Origin: Candidatus Borrarchaeum weybense
GTDB lineage: Archaea > Asgardarchaeota > Sifarchaeia > Borrarchaeales > Borrarchaeaceae
Direction: 5' to 3'
Assembly: GCA_019057385.1 (NCBI GenBank)
Contig: JAHQJS010000004.1
Span: 480,001 to 544,000, forward strand
Length of the DNA stretch: 64,000 nt
In this document: positions 1-9,920 of the stretch, piece by piece
How the letters are laid out: each line of letters opens with the position of its first letter
Position numbering within the stretch: the first letter of the stretch is position 1
Program-made: the position numbers and the translations under genes
The notes under the pieces: generated by a model
What the model saw: only the letters and a program-made list of their open reading frames with translations
The model's database searches: none
Told to the model about the DNA's origin: nothing

Positions 1-1
1 A

Positions 2-82
2 AAAGAAGACATCGTTGTAGCTAGTATTGAAGCTCTTGTCAACGGTTTTAATCGCCTCTTATATATGCGACGTGAAAGTTAA
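2..82 (+). CDS. 3' end of a LeuA/CimA-type (isopropylmalate/citramalate synthase) gene, partial at window edge
   Basis: Reads KEDIVVASIEALVNGFNRLLYMRRES*, resembling the DIVxAS..A..NA.N motif of the LeuA C-terminal regulatory domain. Confidence 0.6.
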   Translation, partial: KEDIVVASIEALVNGFNRLLYMRRES

Positions 83-97
83 AAAGAAAAAATAAAG

Positions 98-992
98 TTC
101 CTTAAAAAAAGAAAAAATTGAATGGGTTTTTTGTATCTCACTTTTCTTCGGGTGGTGGCTTTTTACTAGTTTTTTTAGAACTTGCTTTAGTTTCCTTTGG
201 TGGTACTTTTTTAAGTTCATCTTCCATTTCTGCAACGTCTTCAGCGTCCTCAGGTAACTCCTCTGGAACTTCTTCTATCGTTTCCATCGCATATTTCTCG
301 CGTTGCTTTTTCTTTTGACGTTTGGTCCATACAAGTGGAACTACAACCATCACTACGGCTAGCCCAATCATGAAGTACAGGTTCAGTGCATAGGTGCCGG
401 TAAGATTGAGCCATTGAGGAACGGCAACACCTATAGTAAGTCCTGCGGCTGTCGCTGCACCGGTGCCGGCTGCGGCCACACCAAAATTGAGTAACCCTGC
501 TTCGGTTAAGACCGTCATGACATCGGCGGCTTCCCCTTGTCCTGTGCCTAGGGCTGATGCCAGTTTTGAGACCACGTTTTTCTTTGCTTCCGCGAGGATG
601 CCAATCGCTTTCGTACTGGATGATTTCAGCGCGTTGCGATATTCACGTATGAGGTCCGCTGTGAGTAATCCACACCCAGGGCATACCTCAGGTGCTGACC
701 ACTTTGCCGCACATTTCGGACAATTTGCCATGCGCCGGACTTTATTCTTAATTGCTCGTGCGAGCTTTGATAGAATCCTATTTCTCGCTTCTGAGGACAA
801 TTTACCTGCTGCAAAGTTCTGCAAACTGCCTGTTGCACCAAATAGTGATCCCGGACCCAGTGAAGCGGCTGAGGGTACACCACTCATAAATGAGGGAAAT
901 ACTCCTCCTAGCTGTAATCCTGTAGCAACTACAGCCACACCCGCAACTGCTGTCACACCGACGGTTGCCTGTCCTGCGGGAGTACTTAACTG
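98..992. repeat. 895-bp direct repeat, copy 1
   Basis: Identical by eye to 1899-2793 (offset 1801); identity ends at ...GAGTACTTAACTG. Confidence 0.95.
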
Positions 993-1661
993 TTTACTTA
1001 GTTTGTCAGTAGCTGAAGTGTCTGTCTTTTCACCGGTTTCGGGATCTATAGTATACCAGTCCTGCACATTGACATCAACCGCCATCTCTGCGACTTCTTC
1101 TTCTACTGCCTGCATTGTAGACATTTGTTCGGCTTGGGCACTAGCACTCGGTGGAGAACCTCCAACTGCATATGTGATGTAAACCGTTATTTCAAGGAAA
1201 CCTGTGTAAATCGGATCCGGTACACTGTATCCTGCAGCTTCAGCTTCAGCTACCACATCTAGAGTTTGATCGTATACAACTGTATCAGGAGTGTTGGCTG
1301 GAAATGTTTGATCGACGATATAATTACCTTCTGCTGGATATCGGTAAATCGATCCTAATCCTGACACGAGTTCTACGGTCGCATAAAAGTCCTGTACATA
1401 GACGGCTTGTGGTCCAGTTCCTGCTACTATCCTGATGTTTAGTGGTTCAAGTCTGCCCTCATCCGTTATGTCGAGTCTAAATTCACCAGCGGTTACACCT
1501 GTCCCTGCAACTAGTTCATCGTTAAAGTAGAGATAATATCTGAAAGGTGGTACAGTTGTATCCTGAGACGCTGCTGGTGTCGTAGCAACTAAGAGAAGCA
1601 TTAATCCTAGAAATCCGAAGAATAAATAGCGTGATATTACACCTCTATTTCGTTTTGACAT
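138..1661 (-). CDS. Signal-peptide membrane protein: ectodomain, TM, CxxC...CxxC zinc ribbon, wHTH-like segment, C-terminal TMs (paralog 1)
   Basis: 507-aa ORF with GGAG RBS, N-terminal signal, CPKC/CPGC, SKLASALG...VLTEAGLL, hydrophobic C-terminal segments and charged tail. Confidence 0.85.
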   Translation of the reverse strand: MSKRNRGVISRYLFFGFLGLMLLLVATTPAASQDTTVPPFRYYLYFNDELVAGTGVTAGEFRLDITDEGRLEPLNIRIVAGTGPQAVYVQDFYATVELVSGLGSIYRYPAEGNYIVDQTFPANTPDTVVYDQTLDVVAEAEAAGYSVPDPIYTGFLEITVYITYAVGGSPPSASAQAEQMSTMQAVEEEVAEMAVDVNVQDWYTIDPETGEKTDTSATDKLSKQLSTPAGQATVGVTAVAGVAVVATGLQLGGVFPSFMSGVPSAASLGPGSLFGATGSLQNFAAGKLSSEARNRILSKLARAIKNKVRRMANCPKCAAKWSAPEVCPGCGLLTADLIREYRNALKSSSTKAIGILAEAKKNVVSKLASALGTGQGEAADVMTVLTEAGLLNFGVAAAGTGAATAAGLTIGVAVPQWLNLTGTYALNLYFMIGLAVVMVVVPLVWTKRQKKKQREKYAMETIEEVPEELPEDAEDVAEMEDELKKVPPKETKASSKKTSKKPPPEEK

Positions 1662-1804
1662 AGGACATCTCCTTTTTCTAGTATTACTTATTTCTTTGAT
1701 AGTCTTCTTACCTTTATTTCTTTTTCTTCTTTGTAAAAAAGTGTTTAGTATTGTATATTTTTAGGAAAGCAATAAGGGGTTTTGTTGCTTATACTTGCAT
1801 ATTG

Positions 1805-1876
1805 AAAGAAGATGTCGTGACAAAAAGTATTGAAGCCCTTATCAATCTCAATCGCTTGTCGTCAAGCTACGAGTAG
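1805..1876 (+). pseudogene. Degenerate duplicate of the LeuA/CimA 3' end
   Basis: KEDVVTKSIEALINLNRLSSSYE* aligns with 2-82 at offset ~1803. Confidence 0.75.
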
Positions 1877-1898
1877 AGCAAATAAAGAAAAAAGAAAA

Positions 1899-2793
1899 TT
1901 CCTTAAAAAAAGAAAAAATTGAATGGGTTTTTTGTATCTCACTTTTCTTCGGGTGGTGGCTTTTTACTAGTTTTTTTAGAACTTGCTTTAGTTTCCTTTG
2001 GTGGTACTTTTTTAAGTTCATCTTCCATTTCTGCAACGTCTTCAGCGTCCTCAGGTAACTCCTCTGGAACTTCTTCTATCGTTTCCATCGCATATTTCTC
2101 GCGTTGCTTTTTCTTTTGACGTTTGGTCCATACAAGTGGAACTACAACCATCACTACGGCTAGCCCAATCATGAAGTACAGGTTCAGTGCATAGGTGCCG
2201 GTAAGATTGAGCCATTGAGGAACGGCAACACCTATAGTAAGTCCTGCGGCTGTCGCTGCACCGGTGCCGGCTGCGGCCACACCAAAATTGAGTAACCCTG
2301 CTTCGGTTAAGACCGTCATGACATCGGCGGCTTCCCCTTGTCCTGTGCCTAGGGCTGATGCCAGTTTTGAGACCACGTTTTTCTTTGCTTCCGCGAGGAT
2401 GCCAATCGCTTTCGTACTGGATGATTTCAGCGCGTTGCGATATTCACGTATGAGGTCCGCTGTGAGTAATCCACACCCAGGGCATACCTCAGGTGCTGAC
2501 CACTTTGCCGCACATTTCGGACAATTTGCCATGCGCCGGACTTTATTCTTAATTGCTCGTGCGAGCTTTGATAGAATCCTATTTCTCGCTTCTGAGGACA
2601 ATTTACCTGCTGCAAAGTTCTGCAAACTGCCTGTTGCACCAAATAGTGATCCCGGACCCAGTGAAGCGGCTGAGGGTACACCACTCATAAATGAGGGAAA
2701 TACTCCTCCTAGCTGTAATCCTGTAGCAACTACAGCCACACCCGCAACTGCTGTCACACCGACGGTTGCCTGTCCTGCGGGAGTACTTAACTG
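1899..2793. repeat. 895-bp direct repeat, copy 2
   Basis: Identical by eye to 98-992. Confidence 0.95.
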
Positions 2794-3495
2794 GTCTCTT
2801 AATCGTTCGGTAGATGATGTATCTCTCCGTTCGCCATCTTCATATATATACCAGTCCTGGACATTCACTTGAACGTCATCTTGTGCTACTGTGTAGCCTT
2901 CTGCATCTACCTGCTGTTGCGTTTCATATCCTTCTCCAAAAGATAAGGCAGAACTGTCTAAAGTTTGGGCCGTAGCTGCTGGTGGAGGTCCTCCGACTCG
3001 ATATCTGATAAATATCGTGAGTTTAAGGAAGCCGGTGTAGATCGGATCTGGCAAGTCGTATCCCAATTCCTCAGCAGTCGCGAGTATGCGTAGGGTTTGG
3101 TCATAGATCACTGTATCGGGTGTATTTGCAGGAAGCAGTCGTTTTATAGGATAATTACCTTCTTGTGGATATCTAATTGTTACTCCTGTTCCCTCTATAA
3201 GTTCTACTGTCGCATAAAAGTCATGTACATAGACTTGTTGTGCCCCTGTTCCGGCTAAAATCTTAATGTTGACTGGCTCAAACCTGCCGTCATCTTCAAG
3301 ATCTAATTTAAACTGTTCAGCAGGAACATTTGTTCCCGCTACCAATTGATCGTTTAGATAAAGATACCATCTGACAGTTTCTGCTTGCGTTGTTTGCTGA
3401 GACATAACTGGTGTCGTGGCGAATAAAAGGAGTGCGAAGCCTATAAACCCAAAGAAGAGAACGCGAGACAATAAATCTCTATTTCGCTTTAACAT
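1939..3495 (-). CDS. Signal-peptide membrane protein (paralog 2 of 138-1661)
   Basis: 518 aa; C-terminal ~284 aa identical to paralog 1, N-terminal ectodomain homologous but divergent. Confidence 0.85.
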   Translation of the reverse strand: MLKRNRDLLSRVLFFGFIGFALLLFATTPVMSQQTTQAETVRWYLYLNDQLVAGTNVPAEQFKLDLEDDGRFEPVNIKILAGTGAQQVYVHDFYATVELIEGTGVTIRYPQEGNYPIKRLLPANTPDTVIYDQTLRILATAEELGYDLPDPIYTGFLKLTIFIRYRVGGPPPAATAQTLDSSALSFGEGYETQQQVDAEGYTVAQDDVQVNVQDWYIYEDGERRDTSSTERLRDQLSTPAGQATVGVTAVAGVAVVATGLQLGGVFPSFMSGVPSAASLGPGSLFGATGSLQNFAAGKLSSEARNRILSKLARAIKNKVRRMANCPKCAAKWSAPEVCPGCGLLTADLIREYRNALKSSSTKAIGILAEAKKNVVSKLASALGTGQGEAADVMTVLTEAGLLNFGVAAAGTGAATAAGLTIGVAVPQWLNLTGTYALNLYFMIGLAVVMVVVPLVWTKRQKKKQREKYAMETIEEVPEELPEDAEDVAEMEDELKKVPPKETKASSKKTSKKPPPEEK

Positions 3496-3796
3496 AGGAG
3501 ATCTCCTTTTTTAGTATTGATTATTTTTAAAATAGTCCGTCTTCTCACATATCTCTCTTTCTTTAGTTTTCATAAAGTGTTTGGTACAAAAAATACACAA
3601 AATTCCTATGTATTCAGCAGCTTTTATTTCCTACTTGTCGAGTGGTAGTTCACCTGACGTAAAAATACTCCTCATATAACTGATGAAAAGACAATTTACG
3701 AAAGTTATCTGCTTTTAAAAGTTAGATAATAGAATTAGCAATCATCTGAAAAACTAAAAGTCAAAAAGAAAAAAGGAAAAAAGAGAGGGAAGATTT

Positions 3797-5266
3797 TTAC
3801 TTCTTTGGGACTTCTGCAAGTGGGAATACTTTATTGACTTCTTTTACCATTGCCTTAGCTCTTTCCATACCAGGTTTCCAGTAGTCGTCTATCCACGCTC
3901 TCTGTGCAAAGTCCTCGGTGAAGGGAACCCGTTTAAATCCACCAAACCGTTCGATGACCTCTTTGATCATGTCATGTGTCTCGAAAATCGGTTTAAGGAG
4001 TTCGCCGCTGCATTTCTCAGGAACAATCGACCATTTCATGACGTTTTCGTTGGTCAATACTGGCTCATACTCTACGATTTCGTATTGCATTTCACCAGCG
4101 CCTAGCATTTCCATAGCTTTGATTTGGATTCTTGGGGAGTAGTCTTGGATCAGTTCGTAGCGGTCTTGCCCTACCTTGATGCCTTTCTCTTCTGCAACGC
4201 TCCATGGACCAATTGGAGATTGATCTACGAGGTCACAGGCACATGCATCGATTGCGACATAGTCCTTAGTTGCGAGTGTTCCAATGTCTGGTGCAACTGG
4301 CAAATCTGCCCATGGGACACAATCACACATTTGGTCGTTGTCAATCAAGTATGTTATGCAACCGACTTTTTCACGGTACTTGGTAAATTCCTTGCCTGGC
4401 TCTTGCCATGCATTTAATGTACCCATTGCCGCGTCTGCCATTGCAATTTGATTCATTGGCCAGTACTCGTCACGCCACTTTAGAGCGCTTGTCGCCATGA
4501 TGATGCAATGCCATTGACAGGTCTGACACATATAGCATTTTTCCCAGTCGATGTCAACAGTATCTGGCTGCACAGTGATAGCATCTACGGGGCAAACACG
4601 TGCACACATATCTGCTACGGGGCATCCATTTGATCCCGGACAGTTCTCTTTGATAAGAACAGGCCAGCCCATGTGATCTTCTGGTTCTCCCCACATCGCT
4701 AAGTGGCTGTTATACTTGCCTCGTTTTGATTGTGCACCGATACCTAAGTTTTTGATCGCACCACCATATGCCGTCATTGGATGTCCTTTTCCGTGCGTGG
4801 TAATTATCATACCGTCGGCTTGGGCAATTCCACGAGCGGTATATGATTCTTTGAGAATATTTCCGTTTGGTATTGGGATAATAACGTCATCTTCCCCAGC
4901 AAATCCGTCAGCAATGATTATTGGGCATCCCATTGATGCAGAAGTAAAGCCATGATACGCCGCGGATACTAGTTCAATATATGCATTAACACGGCTGCAA
5001 CAATGACTATAGGGTTGGCAGGTAGTATCTGTGACGAAGGGTCGTCCGCCCTCAAGTTTTATCATGTCAGCCATAGCCGCAACACATTCTGGTCGCAGTA
5101 CGTGGGTTCTGCCCCACTCGCCCACATGAATCTTAACTGCAGTGAAGTCGCCCTTGTCTACACATTCATCTAAGCCAGCTTCGTAGAAAAGATCTTTTGC
5201 TCTGTAGATCTTCGATTCTACCCAATTTCTTTCTCTTGCTTCGCTAAAATATACTTTTTCTGGAAT
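3797..5266 (-). CDS. DUF362 family Fe-S protein with ferredoxin-like Cys clusters; probable ATT start
   Basis: Frame extends upstream of the tracked ORF (PEKVYF...TAVKIHVGE); H-G-K-G-H...YGGAIKNLGIG and CDC motifs; CxxxCP and CxxCxxCxxxC clusters; AAGGAGG 7 nt before the ATT. Confidence 0.85.
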   Translation of the reverse strand: MPEKVYFSEARERNWVESKIYRAKDLFYEAGLDECVDKGDFTAVKIHVGEWGRTHVLRPECVAAMADMIKLEGGRPFVTDTTCQPYSHCCSRVNAYIELVSAAYHGFTSASMGCPIIIADGFAGEDDVIIPIPNGNILKESYTARGIAQADGMIITTHGKGHPMTAYGGAIKNLGIGAQSKRGKYNSHLAMWGEPEDHMGWPVLIKENCPGSNGCPVADMCARVCPVDAITVQPDTVDIDWEKCYMCQTCQWHCIIMATSALKWRDEYWPMNQIAMADAAMGTLNAWQEPGKEFTKYREKVGCITYLIDNDQMCDCVPWADLPVAPDIGTLATKDYVAIDACACDLVDQSPIGPWSVAEEKGIKVGQDRYELIQDYSPRIQIKAMEMLGAGEMQYEIVEYEPVLTNENVMKWSIVPEKCSGELLKPIFETHDMIKEVIERFGGFKRVPFTEDFAQRAWIDDYWKPGMERAKAMVKEVNKVFPLAEVPKK

Positions 5267-6371
5267 ACATATTCCTCCTTGTTAGATATTGCTTACATCT
5301 ATTTTTGAGATTGCTCTCTTTTGCCAATTAGGCAAATAGAAGTAAAGTGAGTTAAGTTCGTAGCTTTGTCTTTAAAAGCATTATCAACTAATCAGTTATA
5401 ATGATAACTACACCAGTAGTTTTAATCAGATAACTTACGAGAACTATCTTTAGTAATTTATCATTAACTAGGGCAATAAATATGATATTTTCGAAGCAAT
5501 TTGGATTATAATCATGCAAAGGTTAGCTTAGATAGAAAATATGGGGTTTCTAAAATTTAAGGATCATATCTTTCTAGCTTGTCGAAGAGCATCTAAAAAT
5601 GAAATACACATGAAATAAGATAAAATTATGAAACTAGAATTATATTTTAAGTATGTCTTACTCTTTTTAATTAGATGAGTTTGCCTGAAATGATATTTAA
5701 GGTGCATACGGCCAATTCTCTTTAGAATGAACCAAGCGGCTGTTTTTCAGTTGCATAGAAGGGACAAATTATGCAACATCTGGTACATGTGACACATTTA
5801 TTTCAATTCTGCACATATCGATTAAAATTACTTTTTGATATTGAATGGTGCTTACATAATACATAAAAGAATTTTTTAAAAAATTGTGGCATCCAATAAA
5901 TCCATTGTAACTCATACCTTTTTTTGATATCTAAGTTGTACTTTAAGAAATTAGTATGTAACCTAATGGGAGGAAGTCTAAGAAGGAGTCTTTAACGCCA
6001 AAATACGGGACGTTTAAGATTGTTAGAGCCCCCTATTTTAGTCGAAAATTACAAATTGTAATCATTGTAAACTGGTCCATTCCATTAAGTAAGTTTAACC
6101 ATGAATTAGGATTCACTTTGCAATTCTATCATTTAAAAGTAACCCGTTTTCGCCCATTTCCATTCAAGAAATATTACGCGCGCGTCAAAAAATAATACCT
6201 ATGTCGTTCCATATCCAGATATCCCTGTTAGCTATTATTTCCATCAATTTTTGAGAGTTCTCTCTTTTGATCTCTCATTTATCATGAATGTTAATGAAAT
6301 CTTCTGGTATTGTTCGGTTGAAGCGTTTTTGGTAATTAGATGACGGTTTCAAATGATAAATCTCACAAAAG

Positions 6372-7130
6372 CTACTGGTCAGCAAGTGCCGCTAGCCGTT
6401 TTGCTTCAAGAAGGATGTCGTTATAGAGTTGAGAGTCAATCTTGCGGGCCAATTTTTCTAAAGACGCATTAATTTTTCGACTAATATCATACTCCCCCTT
6501 CAAGCATTTGTTACACGCGATGTAAGGCAGAAAAGTAAATGTGTTCAAGGTTTTGATAGCATTATCTTCTTTTGGGTAGTATACAGGGGCGTTTCTCTTA
6601 ATTAAAGAGATGATTTCGTCATCGTCATTAGTATTATATTGCGTTTTTAAGGCAGTTACATAGCGCTCGGTATTTACAACAATGTGTTTGTTGTATTCTT
6701 GAATACAGTGTGAGGGATACCCTAAAATCTTGCCTATTTGGGAATTAGTCATTTTAGGTTTTAGCAGGGATGGAACTTGCTTATCATTGTAGACCCTTAA
6801 TATGATTGTAGGCTTTTTTATGGCATTCAGCTCAACAAAGAAGGAACGAACTTTGGGTGAAATATTTGTAGCCTCAAGCGAGGGTTGAATTCTTCTAAGT
6901 GTAGTGACAGAAGTGCGCAATTTAAACGTTCTAAGGATCTTTCTCATGATTTGTAGATTAGGAAGGAGGCTATCATCTTCGGGTTCGATAGATGCAACAT
7001 TTTTTTGTCCCGCTAGGACTGCACAAAGAGAAAGTTTATTATGAAGATCTTCAATTCGCAGAATACTTGTAGGGATCTCCTTGATACTATCCCACAGTTT
7101 TTTGACGTGATTTAGATCCATAGATGGCAT
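6372..7130 (-). CDS. Hypothetical protein, DUF483-like
   Basis: GKILGYPSHCI and PYIACNKC resemble DUF483 motifs. Confidence 0.5.
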   Translation of the reverse strand: MPSMDLNHVKKLWDSIKEIPTSILRIEDLHNKLSLCAVLAGQKNVASIEPEDDSLLPNLQIMRKILRTFKLRTSVTTLRRIQPSLEATNISPKVRSFFVELNAIKKPTIILRVYNDKQVPSLLKPKMTNSQIGKILGYPSHCIQEYNKHIVVNTERYVTALKTQYNTNDDDEIISLIKRNAPVYYPKEDNAIKTLNTFTFLPYIACNKCLKGEYDISRKINASLEKLARKIDSQLYNDILLEAKRLAALADQ

Positions 7131-7203
7131 GGCAGCTTCCTTTTCCTGTGAGTGAATGAACTTAACTTTTGAAAACTCACTTTAAGCTTTAAATTTCATT
7201 GAA

Positions 7204-7236
7204 ATCACCCCGTCCCTTTAGGATGGGATAATTGAC
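7204..7236 (-). mobile_element. Solo IS200/IS605 (IscB-type) terminal hairpin
   Basis: CCCCGTCCCTTTAGGATGGGATAATTGAC closely resembles the end at 58951-58985 (GTCAA start on the minus strand). Confidence 0.6.
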
Positions 7237-7309
7237 CTTTTTGTAAGACAGTGATGGACAAATTTAATAGAAAGTTATTCATATTGCACATGATGTTGTT
7301 AGTTGGCTC

Positions 7310-8083
7310 TTGGAGGTATCTATTATAAATACTGCGACTGGTTACACAGATGTACAACGCAGGATGTTGATATTGTTATTAGAGAACCATGCACTATTTC
7401 TCGACGTTGAATTCCATTTAATGATCCCTGAGAATGCAAAAGGCCAGTTACACTATTTTTACATGCATAAATTACATGTGGGAACAAGAAGCCTTCAAAA
7501 AATTCTCCGTACTCTGCAAAAAAAAGGATTAGTGGAACGTAAAGATAAAAAAAGAGGACGATCTTTCGCAATGAGATATCTACTTACCTCTCACGGCAGA
7601 TTAGTAGGAAATAAATTGCTCAAGGAAGAGAAGGACCCTCCTAAAGTTCTTGCAGAGAGACATATGCGGGTTTTAATAAAATCAGAGGAGGGGTCTGTTA
7701 AAGAAGAACCACTTTTCGCGATCTCCCCAAGAGGTGCAATTATCTCGATAAATGATGTAACCATTAAAAAAGAAACTCGGACAGTCCTAGTCAGAAAAGA
7801 ATACATCCTAGTAAGAAATGATATTGTGATAGTAACAAAACGAGTAAGTGGGGATAGTTGTAAAATTATAATTAAAGGATTGAAAGGGCAAATTGCTCAA
7901 GAGATATATGAAAAGGTAAAACGAGTCTGCTTGCTGACTGAGGTTTGTGACGATTTCGAATGCTCTATTCAAACACCACTTTCGGAGGAGTGCTTTTCGT
8001 CTATAGCTGGATTAACGCAAGGAGACCGTGCAAGAAAACTATTGGATGAGTGGAAAACTACTATTAAAGGAGTGGAATGCTAG
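7310..8083 (+). CDS. Winged-helix (MarR-like) protein with uncharacterised C-terminal domain, paralog 1
   Basis: LRTLQKKGLVER...YLLTSHG wHTH pattern; EEPLF motif shared with neighbours. Confidence 0.7.
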   Translation: MEVSIINTATGYTDVQRRMLILLLENHALFLDVEFHLMIPENAKGQLHYFYMHKLHVGTRSLQKILRTLQKKGLVERKDKKRGRSFAMRYLLTSHGRLVGNKLLKEEKDPPKVLAERHMRVLIKSEEGSVKEEPLFAISPRGAIISINDVTIKKETRTVLVRKEYILVRNDIVIVTKRVSGDSCKIIIKGLKGQIAQEIYEKVKRVCLLTEVCDDFECSIQTPLSEECFSSIAGLTQGDRARKLLDEWKTTIKGVEC

Positions 8084-8110
8084 TCAATCATTTTAATTGG
8101 GCTGAGACCG

Positions 8111-8887
8111 ATGCGGGACAAAGATCTGAAGCTGTTGGAGGACGACTTGTTAGTCCTATGTTTAGATAATTGCAGTATATATCTGTTTTCGGATGATCGT
8201 CACTATACTGATAGTTGCAGATCAAACTTAATAGCCATAGATTCACCAGGAAAGACATCCACTTGGTACGCATGTCGATTAAAAGTGGGATCACGAACTT
8301 TTATGCGAATAACAAAACAAGCATGCGCCAAAAAACTATTAGAAGAGCGGCGTGTTATGCGACATCATTCGTTCGTAAGACTTCTAGAACTCACCCCCTT
8401 AGGAGAAAAGACTGCAAAACGCTTGAAAGCTGAAAGAAATGATGAATTTCCTGAACCCGAAGAAGATCCCCTCATAAAAGTTCGAGTACGATCGCACAGT
8501 CCTCACGCTCAAGAAGAGCCAATACTTGTTATGAAAGAAAAGTGCCTATCCTCATTAATAGCTGTAACCATATTACGAGAAAAAACTGATAACGAAGAAT
8601 ACATAATCACAAAAAGCGATACAATTGTTGTCACAATAAGAGATGCAGAACTTCCCGAAGGAAAGGATCGAAAAGTCTTAGTGAAGGGTATTGAACTAAA
8701 ACCTTCGCTTTATGAGCGGATCAAAAGATTGGTTCTGATAACGTTAAACGATGAAGACCTTCAATTTAGTTTTGTACCACATACACCGCTTCCTTATGAA
8801 TTCTCTAACGTAAAAAAGTTAAGAACAAATCTGGCGCAAAAAATGCTCAAACAGTGGAATTGTTTCAAAAAAACGTCTTGTTCGTAA
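8111..8887 (+). CDS. Winged-helix protein, paralog 2
   Basis: KKLLEERR...LELTPLGEK; EEPIL; alignable to paralogs 1 and 3. Confidence 0.7.
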   Translation: MRDKDLKLLEDDLLVLCLDNCSIYLFSDDRHYTDSCRSNLIAIDSPGKTSTWYACRLKVGSRTFMRITKQACAKKLLEERRVMRHHSFVRLLELTPLGEKTAKRLKAERNDEFPEPEEDPLIKVRVRSHSPHAQEEPILVMKEKCLSSLIAVTILREKTDNEEYIITKSDTIVVTIRDAELPEGKDRKVLVKGIELKPSLYERIKRLVLITLNDEDLQFSFVPHTPLPYEFSNVKKLRTNLAQKMLKQWNCFKKTSCS

Positions 8888-8974
8888 TCTGTCAGCATAA
8901 TCATGTCATAAAAGAATATTTTAAGTATGCTACTACCCATAATCTGTTCATAGAGACACATATAGGCGGATTTT

Positions 8975-9904
8975 ATGACTGATTCCTCAAGTGTTCCTTC
9001 AAGGAAGGGGGGTGCCGTGGATCACCCCGAATTGTCGATGATCGGGTGCCTGTGTTCCCGCGTCGGGCTAACTCAACCATCCGTGAGGACAGAAGCTCCG
9101 TCCGTAAGGGGGGAGTAGTTCACGACTGATCATTTATCACCATTAGAAGATCAATTTCTTGTTCTTTTACTAGATAATGCAAGCATTTTTCCGCAATTTG
9201 ACCGCTGGGATATCATTAGCTCAGAACTCCCACGAGGAAAACTAATTTTCTGGTATGCTGGAAAACTTCACATAGGAACAAAAACACTTCTAAAAACAAT
9301 GCGACGTCTTAACAAAAAAGAGTTAATTAAAAGGCAGGATTGTGTAAGAAGAAGTGCTTCAGTAATGCGATATATACTAACAAAGAAAGGAAAAGAAGTT
9401 GCAACTCAAATTAAGACAAGATGCAACGAAGATAGCTGTGTGAAGCCTCCTAAGGATTGCTTCATCAAGGTATTAACAACGATGTACGGATGCGAGGGTA
9501 TAGAACAGCCACTTTTCTCAATAAAGCAGAAGCAGATAACACCGATTAAAGATGTTACAATGAAAAAAGAATTCACAGAGAGTGCAGAGTTCGTTATTAC
9601 GCGTGGAGATACTCTTATTGTAACAATAAGAAAGAAACACAAAAAAAGCGACGAGCATGAAATACTCATAAAAGGTCTTGCTTGTGACTTTGAGTTATTT
9701 GAGAAGGCAAAACGTTATGCACTTGTTTTTTTGCAGCAGAGAGGTGAATACAATGAAAATCACTTGTCTTATAAATTTGTCTCTCTAATACCTCTCCCGG
9801 AGTCATATCTTTCACATAAAAATTCCTTTCAGAAGAAAACTAAGAACATGCTCAAAGAATGGAGAGACCATACCTTAAGTCACCTACAGAAAAAAACGGA
9901 CTGA
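8975..9904 (+). pseudogene. Winged-helix protein, paralog 3, interrupted after codon 3
   Basis: ATG ACT GAT at 8975 resumes at 9131 as HLSPLEDQFLVLLLDNASIF (cf. LKLLEDDLLVLCLDNCSIY in paralog 2) and continues into the 9299-9904 ORF. Confidence 0.8.
8984..9123 (+). mobile_element. 140-bp TnpB/IS605-type right-end fragment (omegaRNA-like)
   Basis: GC-rich insert ending GAAGCTCCGTCCGTAAGGGGGGAGTAGTTCAC, encodes a TnpB-like tail EAPSVRGE*; flanked by GACTGAT on both sides (8977-8983, 9124-9130). Confidence 0.8.
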
Positions 9905-9920
9905 CAAAAGCACCTTCCCT

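Noticed and set aside
463-2872. Antisense ORFs 463-1182 and 2264-2872 and similar shadow ORFs throughout
   Set aside because: They lie opposite well-supported genes and have no recognisable motifs.
6040-6371. Stop-interrupted minus-strand frame downstream of the DUF483-like gene
   Set aside because: Possibly a pseudogene, but no family could be recognised.
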